DNA from: an uncultured delta proteobacterium | GTDB lineage: Bacteria > Desulfobacterota > BSN033 > UBA1163 | DNA: 64,000 nt | Direction of reading: 5' to 3' | Assembly: GCA_963827685.1 (NCBI GenBank) | Contig: CAWHBU010000007.1 | Coordinates: forward strand, 160,001-224,000 | Shown here: one piece after another, positions 9,846-20,258 of the stretch | Position numbering within the stretch: the stretch's first letter is position 1 | Layout: every line of letters starts with the position of its first letter | The notes under the pieces: model-generated | What the model was told of the DNA's origin: nothing | The model's database searches: none | The model's input: only the letters and a program-made list of their open reading frames with translations | Translations under genes and position numbers: made by a program

Positions 9846-9991
9846 GGGACACTGACAAAGCCTTGTAGCGGAACCTTTTGAATGCTAACCACCATGGCTC
9901 ATCGACTCAGATGGACTTCACTCTTGCTGAGGTCCTCAATAACCCTCTAAATTCTAATAAAACCCGCATTACAAGGCTTTGGAAGTGGCCC
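9846..9991. mobile_element. MITE-like element between M and S subunit genes
   Basis: GGGACACTGACAAAGCCTTGTAGCGG ... CCGCATTACAAGGCTTTGGAAGTGGCCC imperfect TIRs. Confidence 0.6.
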
Positions 9992-10023
9992 GCCGGGTCT
10001 GCCTAATGCAACTGTTATGTTAA

Positions 10024-10893
10024 CTAAGCAGCCTGTTCCCACGCCCGCTTTACCATGCGTTTTGTCAGGACTTTGATCAGATGACGTCTATACTCTTCAG
10101 AGGCATGGATATCGGAAACGGGATCGGCTTCGCCGGCAGCGGCCTCCCCTGCTTCTTCGAGAAGCTTATCAGCAAGCTTTTTACCCTTCAGCACTTGCTC
10201 CGCATTCTTTGCCCGAATCGGGATGACCCCTGCATTGCCGAGCACGATCCGCGCCTCCTGGCAGGCCCCGCTCTGGTCTACCGTCACCGTTGAGGCGACT
10301 CCAACGATTCCCTGGTCATTTCCGATGAGGTTGAATTTCGTGTAGGCCGTTGCCGTCCGCGACCGAACAGGGGGGACCTGAACCTCCACCATCAGCTCAT
10401 CGTTGTTCATGGCGTTTTCGAAGAAGCCGGTGTAGAATTCCTCGAGGGGCATGACCCTGCTCCCTTTGGAGGAGGCCAGCTTGATCTTCGCATTCAACGC
10501 GATGAGAGAGGGTGCAAGATCACCCGCCTGGGCATCGCCATGGGCGAGGTTGCCGGCGATACTCCCCCAGTTACGAATCTGGATGGAGGCAACCTTCTTT
10601 TCTATGTCAACGAGAATGGGACATTTCTGTTTGATCAGCTCTGATTTTTCGATGCTTCGGTGGGTCGTGGTCGCGCCTATTTTAAGACCTTCTTTTTCGT
10701 CGTAGGTAATGTAGCTCAACTCATCCAGCCCTTTAATATCGATCAAGTAGTCCGTCACGACCATCCCCTGCCGCATCACGACGAGCAAGGATTGCCCGCC
10801 GCAGATAATTTTGCACTCTTCCTTGTGGTCAGCGAGCATGGACAGTGCTTCCTGAAGCGTGCTGGGTTTAAGGTAAGCAAAATCGTGGATCAT
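10024..10893 (-). CDS. FAD-binding medium subunit (CoxM-like)
   Basis: GGQSLL, LIDIKGL, IRNWGSIAGNLAHGD, DIHASEEYRRHL; 289 aa with no Cys-rich insertion. Confidence 0.9.
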   Translation of the reverse strand: MIHDFAYLKPSTLQEALSMLADHKEECKIICGGQSLLVVMRQGMVVTDYLIDIKGLDELSYITYDEKEGLKIGATTTHRSIEKSELIKQKCPILVDIEKKVASIQIRNWGSIAGNLAHGDAQAGDLAPSLIALNAKIKLASSKGSRVMPLEEFYTGFFENAMNNDELMVEVQVPPVRSRTATAYTKFNLIGNDQGIVGVASTVTVDQSGACQEARIVLGNAGVIPIRAKNAEQVLKGKKLADKLLEEAGEAAAGEADPVSDIHASEEYRRHLIKVLTKRMVKRAWEQAA

Positions 10894-11174
10894 GCTTCTC
10901 TCCTTTCCTTAAGTCCTGCAAAATCCTCGTTTTCTATCAGATCCTCCACATTAGAAATCACCGAGGAGCTGAGCGAAATATCAGTCGGCATCCCAAAGGT
11001 CTTATCGTGGCTTCCATCAGAGTTCCGGTACTCCACAATCGAGTATCGAGTCATCTCCCATTCAGATCCACGAAGCGCTTTCGCAAAACAGAGATAGAAG
11101 TGTCTCCCCCTGAAAATGGGACACTCTGTACACACCTGGTGTGTAAAAGGACAAGCCATTGCTATTTTTGCCAT
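10890..11174 (-). CDS. Small Cys-rich hypothetical protein
   Basis: CPF-x4-C-x2-C-x6-H-x3-C; stop overlaps start of M subunit (ATGA). Confidence 0.65.
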   Translation of the reverse strand: MAKIAMACPFTHQVCTECPIFRGRHFYLCFAKALRGSEWEMTRYSIVEYRNSDGSHDKTFGMPTDISLSSSVISNVEDLIENEDFAGLKERREA

Positions 11175-11470
11175 ACCTTTTCCTTAGCCCACGAATCCCT
11201 ACGTTCAATATCCTGAAACCATTTTTTGCTCACTGCGCCCGCTCTTTGCGGTGGGCCAATTAGGGCGAACTCTTGAAAATCATAATAAGAAGAAATCTCA
11301 TATAAAACCTGGTTCAATATCATTGAAAGAGCGAGAGGTTTCACGAGACCATCAATTATAACTTTGGCTAAAAAATCGCCTCCTGTCAAGATAACAAGAT
11401 AATTTGTTGAAAAAACGTTCTGAAAGAAATAAAGGTCGTTCATTATATTGAACGCATCCTCGTATCGATT

Positions 11471-11638
11471 GAAGCTTCCCTCCCATCCCGTTAGGACGGG
11501 ACAGGCACGGCGGGGCCGTTCGACAGATCTCACGGCCCTGAGCATGTCGAAGGGCTTCCCGGCAAGGTATTATCGTTCATATTGTGCCCCTTTACCCCGC
11601 CTATCCCCCTTTGGCGGGACGGGGCACGTTCCGGCCAA
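11471..11638 (+). repeat. Mini-element family F1, copy 2 (with nested hairpins)
   Basis: GAAGC...GGCTTCCCGGCAAGG...ATATTGTGCCCC...GGGGCACGTTCCGGCCAA. Confidence 0.7.
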
Positions 11639-11688
11639 AGGGCGACTGTTTTTCCCGCAGGGAGAAAAGTCCTCGCCCTTTTTTAAAC

Positions 11689-13305
11689 TTACCGCTTGGG
11701 GATGGGTAGCTCCTTGGGACTCTTCCAATCTTTGAGCGGCTTCATCCACTCTGCCCTCTCTACAAACTCGTCATGGGCTAAAGGTACCGGCGGGTGGCAA
11801 ACCCAAAGCGGATCAAATTCATTCTTTACCTTCAGGAGCCACTCATGATAGTTCGGTCCATACATCGGCCCTGTTAAGTACAGGGGTTGGTGAGGTCCTA
11901 AAAGGGAGGTATAATAACGTCCCTTGATATTCATCTTCGATGTCTCCAAATAGAAGTGGTCCACACCGGTCGTATCCTCATCCTGATCCCAGTAGATAAG
12001 AAATTCAGAATAACCCTGATGTCCCAGCTCGAAGCTCTGGAACCAGCCGGGGTCGCCATAATCCGGCATCAGGGGAGGCGTATATTTTTTCTTCAGTTCC
12101 GCATAACTCTCCCCGTGCACGGTAGCCTGCGAAAGCGTCTCGATCACATAGTCCACTGAAACATACGACCCACACATCAACCACATCCCAGCGGAATCGG
12201 CATTCTTGATCCAGGATTCATCCGAAGGCTTGGTCCGCTGAGCAATGCCGCCTAACTCCTTCATGATGTCATTTAAGACATTCTCATCGTACTTCATCTG
12301 CTCCTCAGAGGTAAACCCAATCAGCAAGACTCGCACGATATGGAAGTTTTTGATCGTATCCTCATTCTCTTTGCCCCATAGATTCCAGAATTCCTCCTTG
12401 CATTCTGCCTTCGCAATGGCCCGCCAGAAGAGGGGGACCTTGGTAACTGCACCTGCAATTTCTGCCTTCCCTATCTCAAACATCGCTTTGATCTGGGTGG
12501 CCTTATTGGGCACCTGGAAATTAATCCATTTGACCCGCTTCTCCGGAAGTTTCAGTCCGGTGTTCGGTGAAATACCGGTGGGTTCAAGTCGTTCCGGTTG
12601 AAAAGGAAGTATTTTGATAGCCATTTTCGTAACAATACCGAGACAGCCCCGCAAGCCCGTGAAGCCTCTCAGAAGACCTCTTAAGTCAGGACCCGGTCCG
12701 TCACCCCAGAAAGGGTCGCTACCGTTTGCCAGAGACCCCATTCTCACCACCTCGCCATCGGGTAGAACAAGCTCCGTGCCAAGGATACGCCTGTGGGGCA
12801 ACCCGATCCGGTGACTTAATGGGGACCAGCCGTCACCGATCAGATTGGCGATGGCTGATGCCTGCGCCCCGCCTCCACCGATAATGACATAAGCCCCTCT
12901 CTTCATGGCCTCTTCTTGAATTGGCGAGTAGACAACCCCAGGGCCGACCACGATATAAAAGTGTTTTTCGTCTATCTCAAAGTCGTTCATCCGTTTCAGG
13001 TCGATCAGCAACTCATTTTCCACATGGCAGTGCGAACGGGGCCCGTAGAAACCCGTGCTGTAGGGCACATATGGTACCTTGTAGCGGTTACAGATCTTCA
13101 CGATCTTCTGGACCTCTTCCGTCGTCCTCGGCAGGATGACGGCGCCGGGGATTTTGGTCATCACCCGCTCGTACCCAAGGCCGGACTCGTATCCGCCGGG
13201 CCCTGACCGGTAGCCTTCGCAGATGGCCGGATCATCGGAGATATACCGTGAACCAACCGTCGATTCCAATGCGCTATATGCCTCTTGATGTATACTCATG
13301 GTCAC
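11689..13305 (-). CDS. FAD-binding oxidoreductase, VAO/PCMH-type fold
   Basis: PGAVILPRTTEEVQKIV, LIDLKRMN, ELVLPDGEVVRMGS, GPGPDLRG, GIVTKM, KNEFDP. Confidence 0.85.
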   Translation of the reverse strand: MTMSIHQEAYSALESTVGSRYISDDPAICEGYRSGPGGYESGLGYERVMTKIPGAVILPRTTEEVQKIVKICNRYKVPYVPYSTGFYGPRSHCHVENELLIDLKRMNDFEIDEKHFYIVVGPGVVYSPIQEEAMKRGAYVIIGGGGAQASAIANLIGDGWSPLSHRIGLPHRRILGTELVLPDGEVVRMGSLANGSDPFWGDGPGPDLRGLLRGFTGLRGCLGIVTKMAIKILPFQPERLEPTGISPNTGLKLPEKRVKWINFQVPNKATQIKAMFEIGKAEIAGAVTKVPLFWRAIAKAECKEEFWNLWGKENEDTIKNFHIVRVLLIGFTSEEQMKYDENVLNDIMKELGGIAQRTKPSDESWIKNADSAGMWLMCGSYVSVDYVIETLSQATVHGESYAELKKKYTPPLMPDYGDPGWFQSFELGHQGYSEFLIYWDQDEDTTGVDHFYLETSKMNIKGRYYTSLLGPHQPLYLTGPMYGPNYHEWLLKVKNEFDPLWVCHPPVPLAHDEFVERAEWMKPLKDWKSPKELPIPKR

Positions 13306-13311
13306 CCTCCT

Positions 13312-14628
13312 TTACATTCCGACTGAAGCAAGAATGATCTCTGATATATCCATTACCTTCACGTTGTCCCCGTTCTCCTTGACGGCCTTGGAAAAATTGC
13401 TTTTGCACCAGGGGCAGGCGGAAACGAGAACTTCGGCGCTCACCTCTCTGACCTCTTCCAGCCGATGCTTTGCAGAAAATGAAGCGAGTTCCGGAAAGGC
13501 CTCCTGGGTGCCCCTCCCCGCTCCACAGCAAAAGGCATTTTCCCTGGTCCTTGGCATTTCAACAAACGTGGCGCCAGGGATGGCATTCAATATGTTTCTT
13601 GTTGCCGTGTACAACCCGGATGTGCCGCGCCGCCTCTTGAGGGGCGGATCCACGGTACCCATCCAACCCCGCTCACCGCTATAGGGCGTCCAGGGGTCAG
13701 CAAGCCTGCTCACGCCGCATGAATCGTGGTAGGTGAAACGAATGTCAACAGGTTTCTTCAATTTGAGACTGCCACGTTGAATGGCCTCATCGGCTAATTC
13801 GATCAGGTGTATGACCTTGAAACCGAGATTGGATGTGGCGATGTTAAGCATCTTCGGATAATCCACCTTCCACATCCGGTAACCTTCGGCGCAGCTCGTT
13901 ACCAATGTCTTTGCCCCTGCGGCTCGCACCGCCTCAACATTGCGTTTGGCAAGCTCTTTGGCTTCATCGATCATACCGACGGAATAGAGCGTATTGCCAC
14001 AGCACCATTCGTCCGGCATGAGCATAAACTTGTTGCCCGAGGCATTCAACACCTTTGCCGTAGCGCGAGCGATGTCAGGGTTGACATAAGAGGCTGAACA
14101 TCCGACAAAGTAGAGCAAGTCTGCCTTCTCTGCAACCTGAATGTCTTTGGTTAACCACTTTTTCCTGTTTTCATGGGGCGATCCGAACTGGTTATGTTTC
14201 TCGGCAATGTTTTTTGCAATCCTCTTATGGGCGGGCATGGGACCTGCCCCATCTTTGACCGCTTTTATCCTTAACGCCTCAAGTGTCAACCCTATTTCCA
14301 GGTCAAGATTACGCTTGCAGCCCACATCGCAGGCCCCACACAGTGGATCAGCGTAGATGATCTCCAGGAGTTTATCGGTCCATTTCAGCTTTCCTTCTGC
14401 AATGGCGGTCCCGATCCTCATCTTCCCAAAGGCGCCGTAAGAGTCAAAGTCATTCCAGGTGTTGCTGGGGCACCGGGTGGAGAATTTCACCCCGGGCATA
14501 TAGGTATGTTCGACCCAGTAGCAGCCCTTACACTTGATGCACCGGCTCATGTCGTACACAAAATTATCTAAATTGGTCACATCCAAACTAATTTTCTTTT
14601 TTGGCGTATCGTAACGATCTTTTGGCAT
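13312..14628 (-). CDS. Fe-S oxidoreductase with CCG domains (GlcF/HdrD-like)
   Basis: CIKCKGC...CP, LCGACDVGC, FVGC, WCCG, YHDSC, FCCGAG, SACPWC. Confidence 0.88.
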   Translation of the reverse strand: MPKDRYDTPKKKISLDVTNLDNFVYDMSRCIKCKGCYWVEHTYMPGVKFSTRCPSNTWNDFDSYGAFGKMRIGTAIAEGKLKWTDKLLEIIYADPLCGACDVGCKRNLDLEIGLTLEALRIKAVKDGAGPMPAHKRIAKNIAEKHNQFGSPHENRKKWLTKDIQVAEKADLLYFVGCSASYVNPDIARATAKVLNASGNKFMLMPDEWCCGNTLYSVGMIDEAKELAKRNVEAVRAAGAKTLVTSCAEGYRMWKVDYPKMLNIATSNLGFKVIHLIELADEAIQRGSLKLKKPVDIRFTYHDSCGVSRLADPWTPYSGERGWMGTVDPPLKRRRGTSGLYTATRNILNAIPGATFVEMPRTRENAFCCGAGRGTQEAFPELASFSAKHRLEEVREVSAEVLVSACPWCKSNFSKAVKENGDNVKVMDISEIILASVGM

Positions 14629-14638
14629 CTTGTCCTCC

Positions 14639-16097
14639 TTAGAAGCACAGATTTCCAGGGTTCATGATATTCTTGGGATCAAACACACCCTTGACCCGTT
14701 TCAATGTCATGGTATAGTTTGCCGCGCGATCATATACCATCGACGCCAGTTCTCCGTATGGCCTTGTAAAAAAAGCTCCTTCATTCATCATGCTGGTGGC
14801 CGCCTCACGATATAAATCAGCCACCAGGGTCTCTTTCGGCCGCATTCGCCGGGTCATAGAAAAAGCTGAACTCAACCTGACAGGCACGGTTATGTTCGAT
14901 GGGCTGGATATAGCTCCCGATATCATTGACAGGGTAACCGTATTGAGCAGCCACAAACGCCATGATATCGATAAACATCGGTGCCTGCTCAGGTTTGGTA
15001 ATGAAGAAGAGGTTCTGGCACCCACCTTTCACGCGGTTTTTCCAGTAGGGAACCTCCGTGGGCCAGGGCGCCCTCAGCATGGGTAACAGCTTTCTCCCCA
15101 ACCCTGGGAAACCAGGAAGGTTGTCTGTAAGAGCCACCTTGGAAAACTCGTTCTTCAATACTTCTTTGAGGAAATTTTCCTCATACGCGATCTTCTCTTC
15201 AGGTCTTCTCAGAAGCCCGCTGATCACCAAAACGAGCGTCCATGGCGGGAGCTGCGAACGGAGCTTCTCGAAATCTCCAGGCGTCTTCTCCGCAACGATC
15301 GCAGCAAGGTCGATGTGATTCAGAAGAAGGCATTCCTGGCCTATTCTCCGCGGCAGAATCCTGTAGAGGAAGTCTAAAGCATACGGCAGATCGTCTATGG
15401 GTGCAAAGTAAACCTTATCTATCTTCGGGATCGACTCCATCTTCAAGCTCATCCAGGTGACAATACCCATGGTCCCCTGGGCCCCCTGAACAAACCGGTA
15501 AAAATCGAGGCCGGGTCCGGACGGGCTTGCCCCTCTCGATTTCGAATCAGGAAAACCATTGACGCTGGCAGAGCCGCACCTGAAAATTTCACCCGTCGGC
15601 CAGACCACCTCAACGGACTGCATGGGTTCACCGTAGTCATAGACGGTATTGGTCGGCACCTCCCGTTCAAGAGTGTCGGTCAGCACGGAGCGGTCCCCAC
15701 ATGGCAGCAGCGGCATGATGACTCGCATCCCCTTTTTCTCCAACTCGCTCGTCAGTTGCTTCCAGGTCACGCCGGCTTCAAACCGTACCAGACGATTATC
15801 TGTATCCATTTCCAAAATCTTGTTCATCCTGGTGAGATCAACCACGATTCCGCCTTGTTTGGGTATGGTGCATCCGTAGAAGTGGACTTTCGAGCTAACA
15901 GGAACGATGGGGATATTCTTTTCACCACACCATTTTACAATTTTCCCTACCTCTTCTGAGTTCCCCGGCCATACTACGGCATCGGCCATTCCCGGAGGAA
16001 GAAGGCTCTGATCCCGGGAATACTTCAAAAGATCATCCTTTGAGTCACTGACATTGCCCTTTCCCACAATCTTCCCCAATTCATCCTTCGCTTTCAT
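14639..16097 (-). CDS. FAD-binding oxidoreductase, VAO/PCMH-type; frameshift near 14828 (pseudogene or sequence error)
   Basis: 426-aa ORF (DAVVWP, VDLTRMNKI, GPGLDF, GAQGTMGIVT) continues in another frame as LVADLYREAA...FFTRPYG...KGVFDPKNIMNPGNLCF. Confidence 0.8.
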
Positions 16098-16199
16098 TTT
16101 CCCTCCTTCTTCTTAAGCTTCGTTTCTGCCATTTCTCCTTGCTCAATTTTTTTGCCATGGTGTGCCGCGGTCACCATTCAAATATACCATACCATATCT

Positions 16200-16312
16200 G
16201 AAAAAAAAGTCAATACATAAAATATCAATAATAATACTGTCAATACATTTATTTTCTTGTGTGCAGGCCAGCAAATTGATATAATATTTAATTTATATTA
16301 TTGAAACATTAC
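16200..16312. promoter_or_regulatory. Divergent AT-rich promoter region, likely MarR operator
   Basis: Direct repeats GTCAATACAT (16209, 16239) and inverted TCAATAATA/TATTATTGA between divergent genes. Confidence 0.45.
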
Positions 16313-16329
16313 TCTGTTGAGGTGAGGAG

Positions 16330-16791
16330 ATGGAAAGAATGACCTATCGAAGCGACCAAAACCTTGATGAGAATATCATGATGGCAGTGGTGAGAGCCGC
16401 AGAGACTTTTAAGAGAATGGTATCTGCGATTTTTCGGAAGTACGACCTCTCTTTCCCGCAGTACAATATCCTGAGGGTCCTGGATGCTTCAAAGGACGGC
16501 CAAAGCAGAATCACCGACGTCAGCCGAATCATGCTCGTCCCGGGTGCCAACATGACCGGATTAGCCAAGAGGTTGGAAAAGAACGGCTTTATCGCCAGAA
16601 AATCCGATCCCAGTGATGAGCGGGTAACCGTACTCGAGATTATGCCAAAAGGAAAAAAGGTGCTGGTAAACATAGAAAAGGAACGCGACGATTACCTGCA
16701 TGCGATGTTAAAGGGTTTTCCCGAACAGGAAAAGCGCGAGATTCTGGAAAAGGTTAAGCGACTGATCAAGAACAGCAGGGAGATAGCGTAA
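16330..16791 (+). CDS. MarR-family transcriptional regulator
   Basis: LSFPQYNILRVL, MTGLAKRLEKNGFI, DPSDERV wHTH. Confidence 0.9.
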   Translation: MERMTYRSDQNLDENIMMAVVRAAETFKRMVSAIFRKYDLSFPQYNILRVLDASKDGQSRITDVSRIMLVPGANMTGLAKRLEKNGFIARKSDPSDERVTVLEIMPKGKKVLVNIEKERDDYLHAMLKGFPEQEKREILEKVKRLIKNSREIA

Positions 16792-16849
16792 GGACTTCTA
16801 TCTCTGTTGCAGAAGAAGATTCGGTAGGTAGGGGAGTTTAGAAAAGGGA

Positions 16850-18022
16850 ATGAATAGTAAGGATTATTCCTCCAATCGGGCGCTCAAGTTCACGGAATCG
16901 GTCATTCGTGAGATGACCCGCGTCTGTCTCGCCCATCAGGGTGTCAACCTGGCACAAGGGTTTCCTGATTTTCCGGCCCCGGCAGAGATTAAGGAAGCGG
17001 CCGTGAAGGCCATTCGAGCGGATTTGAACCAGTATGCCATTACCTGGGGAGAGCCAAATCTTCGTCAAGCCATTGCCGAAAAATTTGCTTGGTATAACGG
17101 CGTCACCATAGACCCTGAAAGAGAGATAACGGTCTGTTGCGGATCAACGGAAGCCATGATCTCTTCCCTGATGGCCATCGTCAATTCTGGCGAAGAGGTC
17201 ATTGTGTTCGAGCCTTTTTACGAGAACTATGGTCCGGATACCATCCTCTGTGATGCCAAGCCGCGATTCATCACGCTCCACGAACCGGACTGGCATTTTG
17301 ACGAGCAGGAATTGACCCGAGCCTTCACCAATAAGACCAAAGCCATCATCATCAACACACCCAATAACCCCACCGGCAAAGTCTTCTCTCGTGAGGAATT
17401 GCAATTCATCGCCGACCTTTGCTTGAAATGGGGTGTGATCGCAGTGACCGACGAGATTTACGAGCACATTCTCTACGATGGAGCCCAACATATCAGTATC
17501 GCCTCTCTGCCCGGCATGCGAGATCAAACCATCACCGTCAACTCCATCTCTAAAACGTATAGCCTGACAGGATGGCGCGTGGGCTGGGCCATTGCTCCGG
17601 CTTCGCTGACGGCTTCCATCCGCAAGGTTCATGATTTTTTGACTGTGGGAGCACCGCATCCTCTGCAAGAGGCTGCTGCCGTAGCGCTAAGGATTGGTCG
17701 AGGCTATTATGAAAATTTGGCGAAAGCATACCATGAGAGGAGGAATTTTTTCCTCCCTGTGTTACAGGAGGTTGGTTTTGGCGTTTTCCCTCCCCGCGGA
17801 GCTTATTATATCATGACCGATATCAGTCCCTTTCGCTTTTCGGACGATGTAAAATTTGCTCTGTATCTGGTGGAGAAATGGGGCGTGGCCACTGTTCCGG
17901 GCAGTAGCTTCTACAGCCGTCCTTCTTTGGGAGCGACCAAGATTCGTTTCTGTTTTCCAAAGAGAATGGAAACCCTTCAAGAGGCCGCTGAGAAATTAAG
18001 GAAGTTCAAAACAGAAAAATGA
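16850..18022 (+). CDS. PLP-dependent class I/II aminotransferase (YbdL-like)
   Basis: NLAQGFPDF, NTPNNPTG, DEIYE, SISKTYSLTGWRVG. Confidence 0.9.
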   Translation: MNSKDYSSNRALKFTESVIREMTRVCLAHQGVNLAQGFPDFPAPAEIKEAAVKAIRADLNQYAITWGEPNLRQAIAEKFAWYNGVTIDPEREITVCCGSTEAMISSLMAIVNSGEEVIVFEPFYENYGPDTILCDAKPRFITLHEPDWHFDEQELTRAFTNKTKAIIINTPNNPTGKVFSREELQFIADLCLKWGVIAVTDEIYEHILYDGAQHISIASLPGMRDQTITVNSISKTYSLTGWRVGWAIAPASLTASIRKVHDFLTVGAPHPLQEAAAVALRIGRGYYENLAKAYHERRNFFLPVLQEVGFGVFPPRGAYYIMTDISPFRFSDDVKFALYLVEKWGVATVPGSSFYSRPSLGATKIRFCFPKRMETLQEAAEKLRKFKTEK

Positions 18023-18239
18023 TAAAAATAGTTTTTAGGTTAGGGCTAGGAAGCCCGTTTGGTTTAGGGTAAAAGGGTTCAGGGTAAAAGTTTGAAGACC
18101 AAAACCATAACCCTTCGACAAAACCGGCGTCCTTACCCAAACTCTTAAACGAATTGTTTCTTATCATCTAACTATAGTACCTAACTATTTTTTCATGAAG
18201 GATGCGTCATCCGCAAACGATGAAAATTCAACCCATCTC

Positions 18240-18327
18240 CCCTCCCCCTTGACGGGGGAGGGTGAGGGTGGGGGTAAACACGCCGTACTCCCCCTGACCC
18301 TGTCCCTCTCCCACCAGGGGAGAGGGG
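18240..18327. repeat. REP-like hairpin pair
   Basis: CCCTCCCCCTTGACGGGGGAGGG and CCCTCTCCCACCAGGGGAGAGGG; a related sequence lies at 2001-2058. Confidence 0.6.
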
Positions 18328-18382
18328 AATAATTGTATTTATTTTCTAAATAAGGAAGGTAACCACGCTATACGGTGGGTAT

Positions 18383-18413
18383 AAAAAAGGGCGGTCACTT
18401 CGACCGCCCTTTC
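18383..18413 (-). terminator. Rho-independent terminator of SOD gene
   Basis: AAAGGGCGGTC-loop-GACCGCCCTTT with T-run on minus strand. Confidence 0.7.
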
Positions 18414-18444
18414 GGGCCTTCCACGAGCCTTTACTAAGACCTCC

Positions 18445-19023
18445 CTATTTGATACGTCCTTCCACGACCTCCCATTTGATATTTTTAAAGAAGGCCGTAA
18501 TATAATCCGCCCTTTTCAATCCATAATCAATCATAAAGGCATGTTCGAAAACATCCATGATCAATAACGGATTGCAGCCTGCTGGATGCCCGACGTCATG
18601 CTCATTGATCCACTGGTTGATCAATTTCCCGCTTGCGGGATCCTGGTAGAGGATAGCCCATCCGACGCCCCGCATCGCGCCCACTCCTTTAAAATCGGCC
18701 TCCCAATTTTCGTAGCTTCCAAATTCTTCAGCCAACTTCTTCCCGAGTTTGCCGGACTTATTCAATGCTCCATTGCCCCCTAAATTCTCAAAGTAGAACT
18801 CATGGAGCCGCATACCATTAAACTCCCAGCCTAACCGACGCTTTAACTCGGCATATTCAGGAGTTCCAATCTTCCCTCCCTTTGCCATTTCTGAAAGGGA
18901 ATCCAAGACCTTATTGGTATTAGTCACATACCCCTGATAGAGAGTAAAATGGTTTTTCAATAAGGTCTCGCTAAATCCCTCCATTCCAATAAGCTTATTG
19001 TAATCTTTTGCCGTGTATGCCAT
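18445..19023 (-). CDS. Fe/Mn superoxide dismutase (ChrC-like subtype)
   Basis: HFTLYQGYV, NGMRLHEFYF, DVFEHAFMIDY; start MAYTAK after AGGAGG. Confidence 0.88.
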   Translation of the reverse strand: MAYTAKDYNKLIGMEGFSETLLKNHFTLYQGYVTNTNKVLDSLSEMAKGGKIGTPEYAELKRRLGWEFNGMRLHEFYFENLGGNGALNKSGKLGKKLAEEFGSYENWEADFKGVGAMRGVGWAILYQDPASGKLINQWINEHDVGHPAGCNPLLIMDVFEHAFMIDYGLKRADYITAFFKNIKWEVVEGRIK

Positions 19024-19254
19024 GTCTCTCCTCCTTTCAATGATATATAATTTCATCATAACAAAAAAAATCTCAGTTTCAAGGAAATTTTTGAGGGGAT
19101 TTCTAAAAAAGGGTAGAAATCCCTGATTTCACCGATTATGAAACGATTACACAGATAGGAAGGCATTGAAAAATGAGGTAAATCTGCGTAATCATCTCTT
19201 AAAATCTGTGTGATCAAAAGAGCGTGTAGTAATTTTTCAAAGCTCGCTGGGAAC

Positions 19255-19283
19255 TTGACAAATTCAAAAGACGTAATTATTTT
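19255..19283 (+). promoter_or_regulatory. Putative sigma70 promoter of hsp20
   Basis: TTGACA-17 bp-TATTTT. Confidence 0.45.
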
Positions 19284-19317
19284 TTATTTAGAAATCAGAA
19301 GAAAGGAGTGATGAAGT

Positions 19318-19788
19318 ATGGCATGGGAATTAACTACTTGGAAGCCCTTTAGGGAGTTGGCCCCTTTTAGGGAATTTGAGAGGATGAGGAGGGATATGGA
19401 CCGGTTTTGGGACTCCTTCTTAGAAGGCGGATTAAGAAGGAAAACCGAGGACGGCGGGGAATGGCTTCCTTCTCTCGATGTCGCCGAGACAAAAAATGAG
19501 CTGGTGGTGAAAGCCGAAGTTCCTGGAATGGACCCCAAAAATATCGATATCTCCCTTTCTGATGGGTTGCTCACCATTAAAGGTGAAAAGAAAGAGGAAA
19601 AAGAAGAAAAAGAGGCCGATTATCACCTTGTCGAGAGAAGTTATGGAGCCTTTACGCGTTCGATTCGCCTTCCTGCGGAAGTGCAGGGCGACAAGATCAA
19701 TGCTTCTTACAAGAACGGTGTTTTGAAAATCACCCTTCCAAAATCTGAGGAAGCCAAGAAGAAAGAAATCAAGATCAAGGTTGAATAA
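19318..19788 (+). CDS. Hsp20/alpha-crystallin small heat shock protein
   Basis: PSLDVAET, AEVPGM, ERSYGAFTRSIRLP, YKNGVLKITLPK. Confidence 0.95.
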   Translation: MAWELTTWKPFRELAPFREFERMRRDMDRFWDSFLEGGLRRKTEDGGEWLPSLDVAETKNELVVKAEVPGMDPKNIDISLSDGLLTIKGEKKEEKEEKEADYHLVERSYGAFTRSIRLPAEVQGDKINASYKNGVLKITLPKSEEAKKKEIKIKVE

Positions 19789-19814
19789 ACTTGGATTTTA
19801 CACCAGTGAAATAA

Positions 19815-19840
19815 GAAAGGCGTCCGAAAGGACGCCTTTC
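19815..19840 (+). terminator. Terminator hairpin after hsp20
   Basis: GAAAGGCGTCC-GAAA-GGACGCCTTTC. Confidence 0.7.
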
Positions 19841-20258
19841 CTCAATTTAGCCAACCCTCTTTCCTATCCCCATCCCTTATCCCGAAATCCGCAATCTGCA
19901 TTCTGCAATCTATTATTATACTATCTCCTTATATCCTCATATAAATATCTGTGATCCGCTATGCCCCATGCGCTCTGCGTGCATTTGGAATCGGCCAACT
20001 TTTTTATCGGTGACACTACGATTGCGAACTCAAGGATAATGATTTGACCCCATTCCGCCGTCCCAGCGATGAGTCCTATTCCTTCGAGTCAATCTTGGTC
20101 AATGATTCTTGAGAACGTCAGATGGTCCTAAAAAGGAAAGTAGGTTATAATAGAGGCAAAATATGAGGTGAAAAGCAGAATAAAAGTTGCTTTCAGAACG
20201 ATATACAACCAAATTCCAATCCCCATGATCTCACAGGGACAATTTTGGGGAGCTTAAT

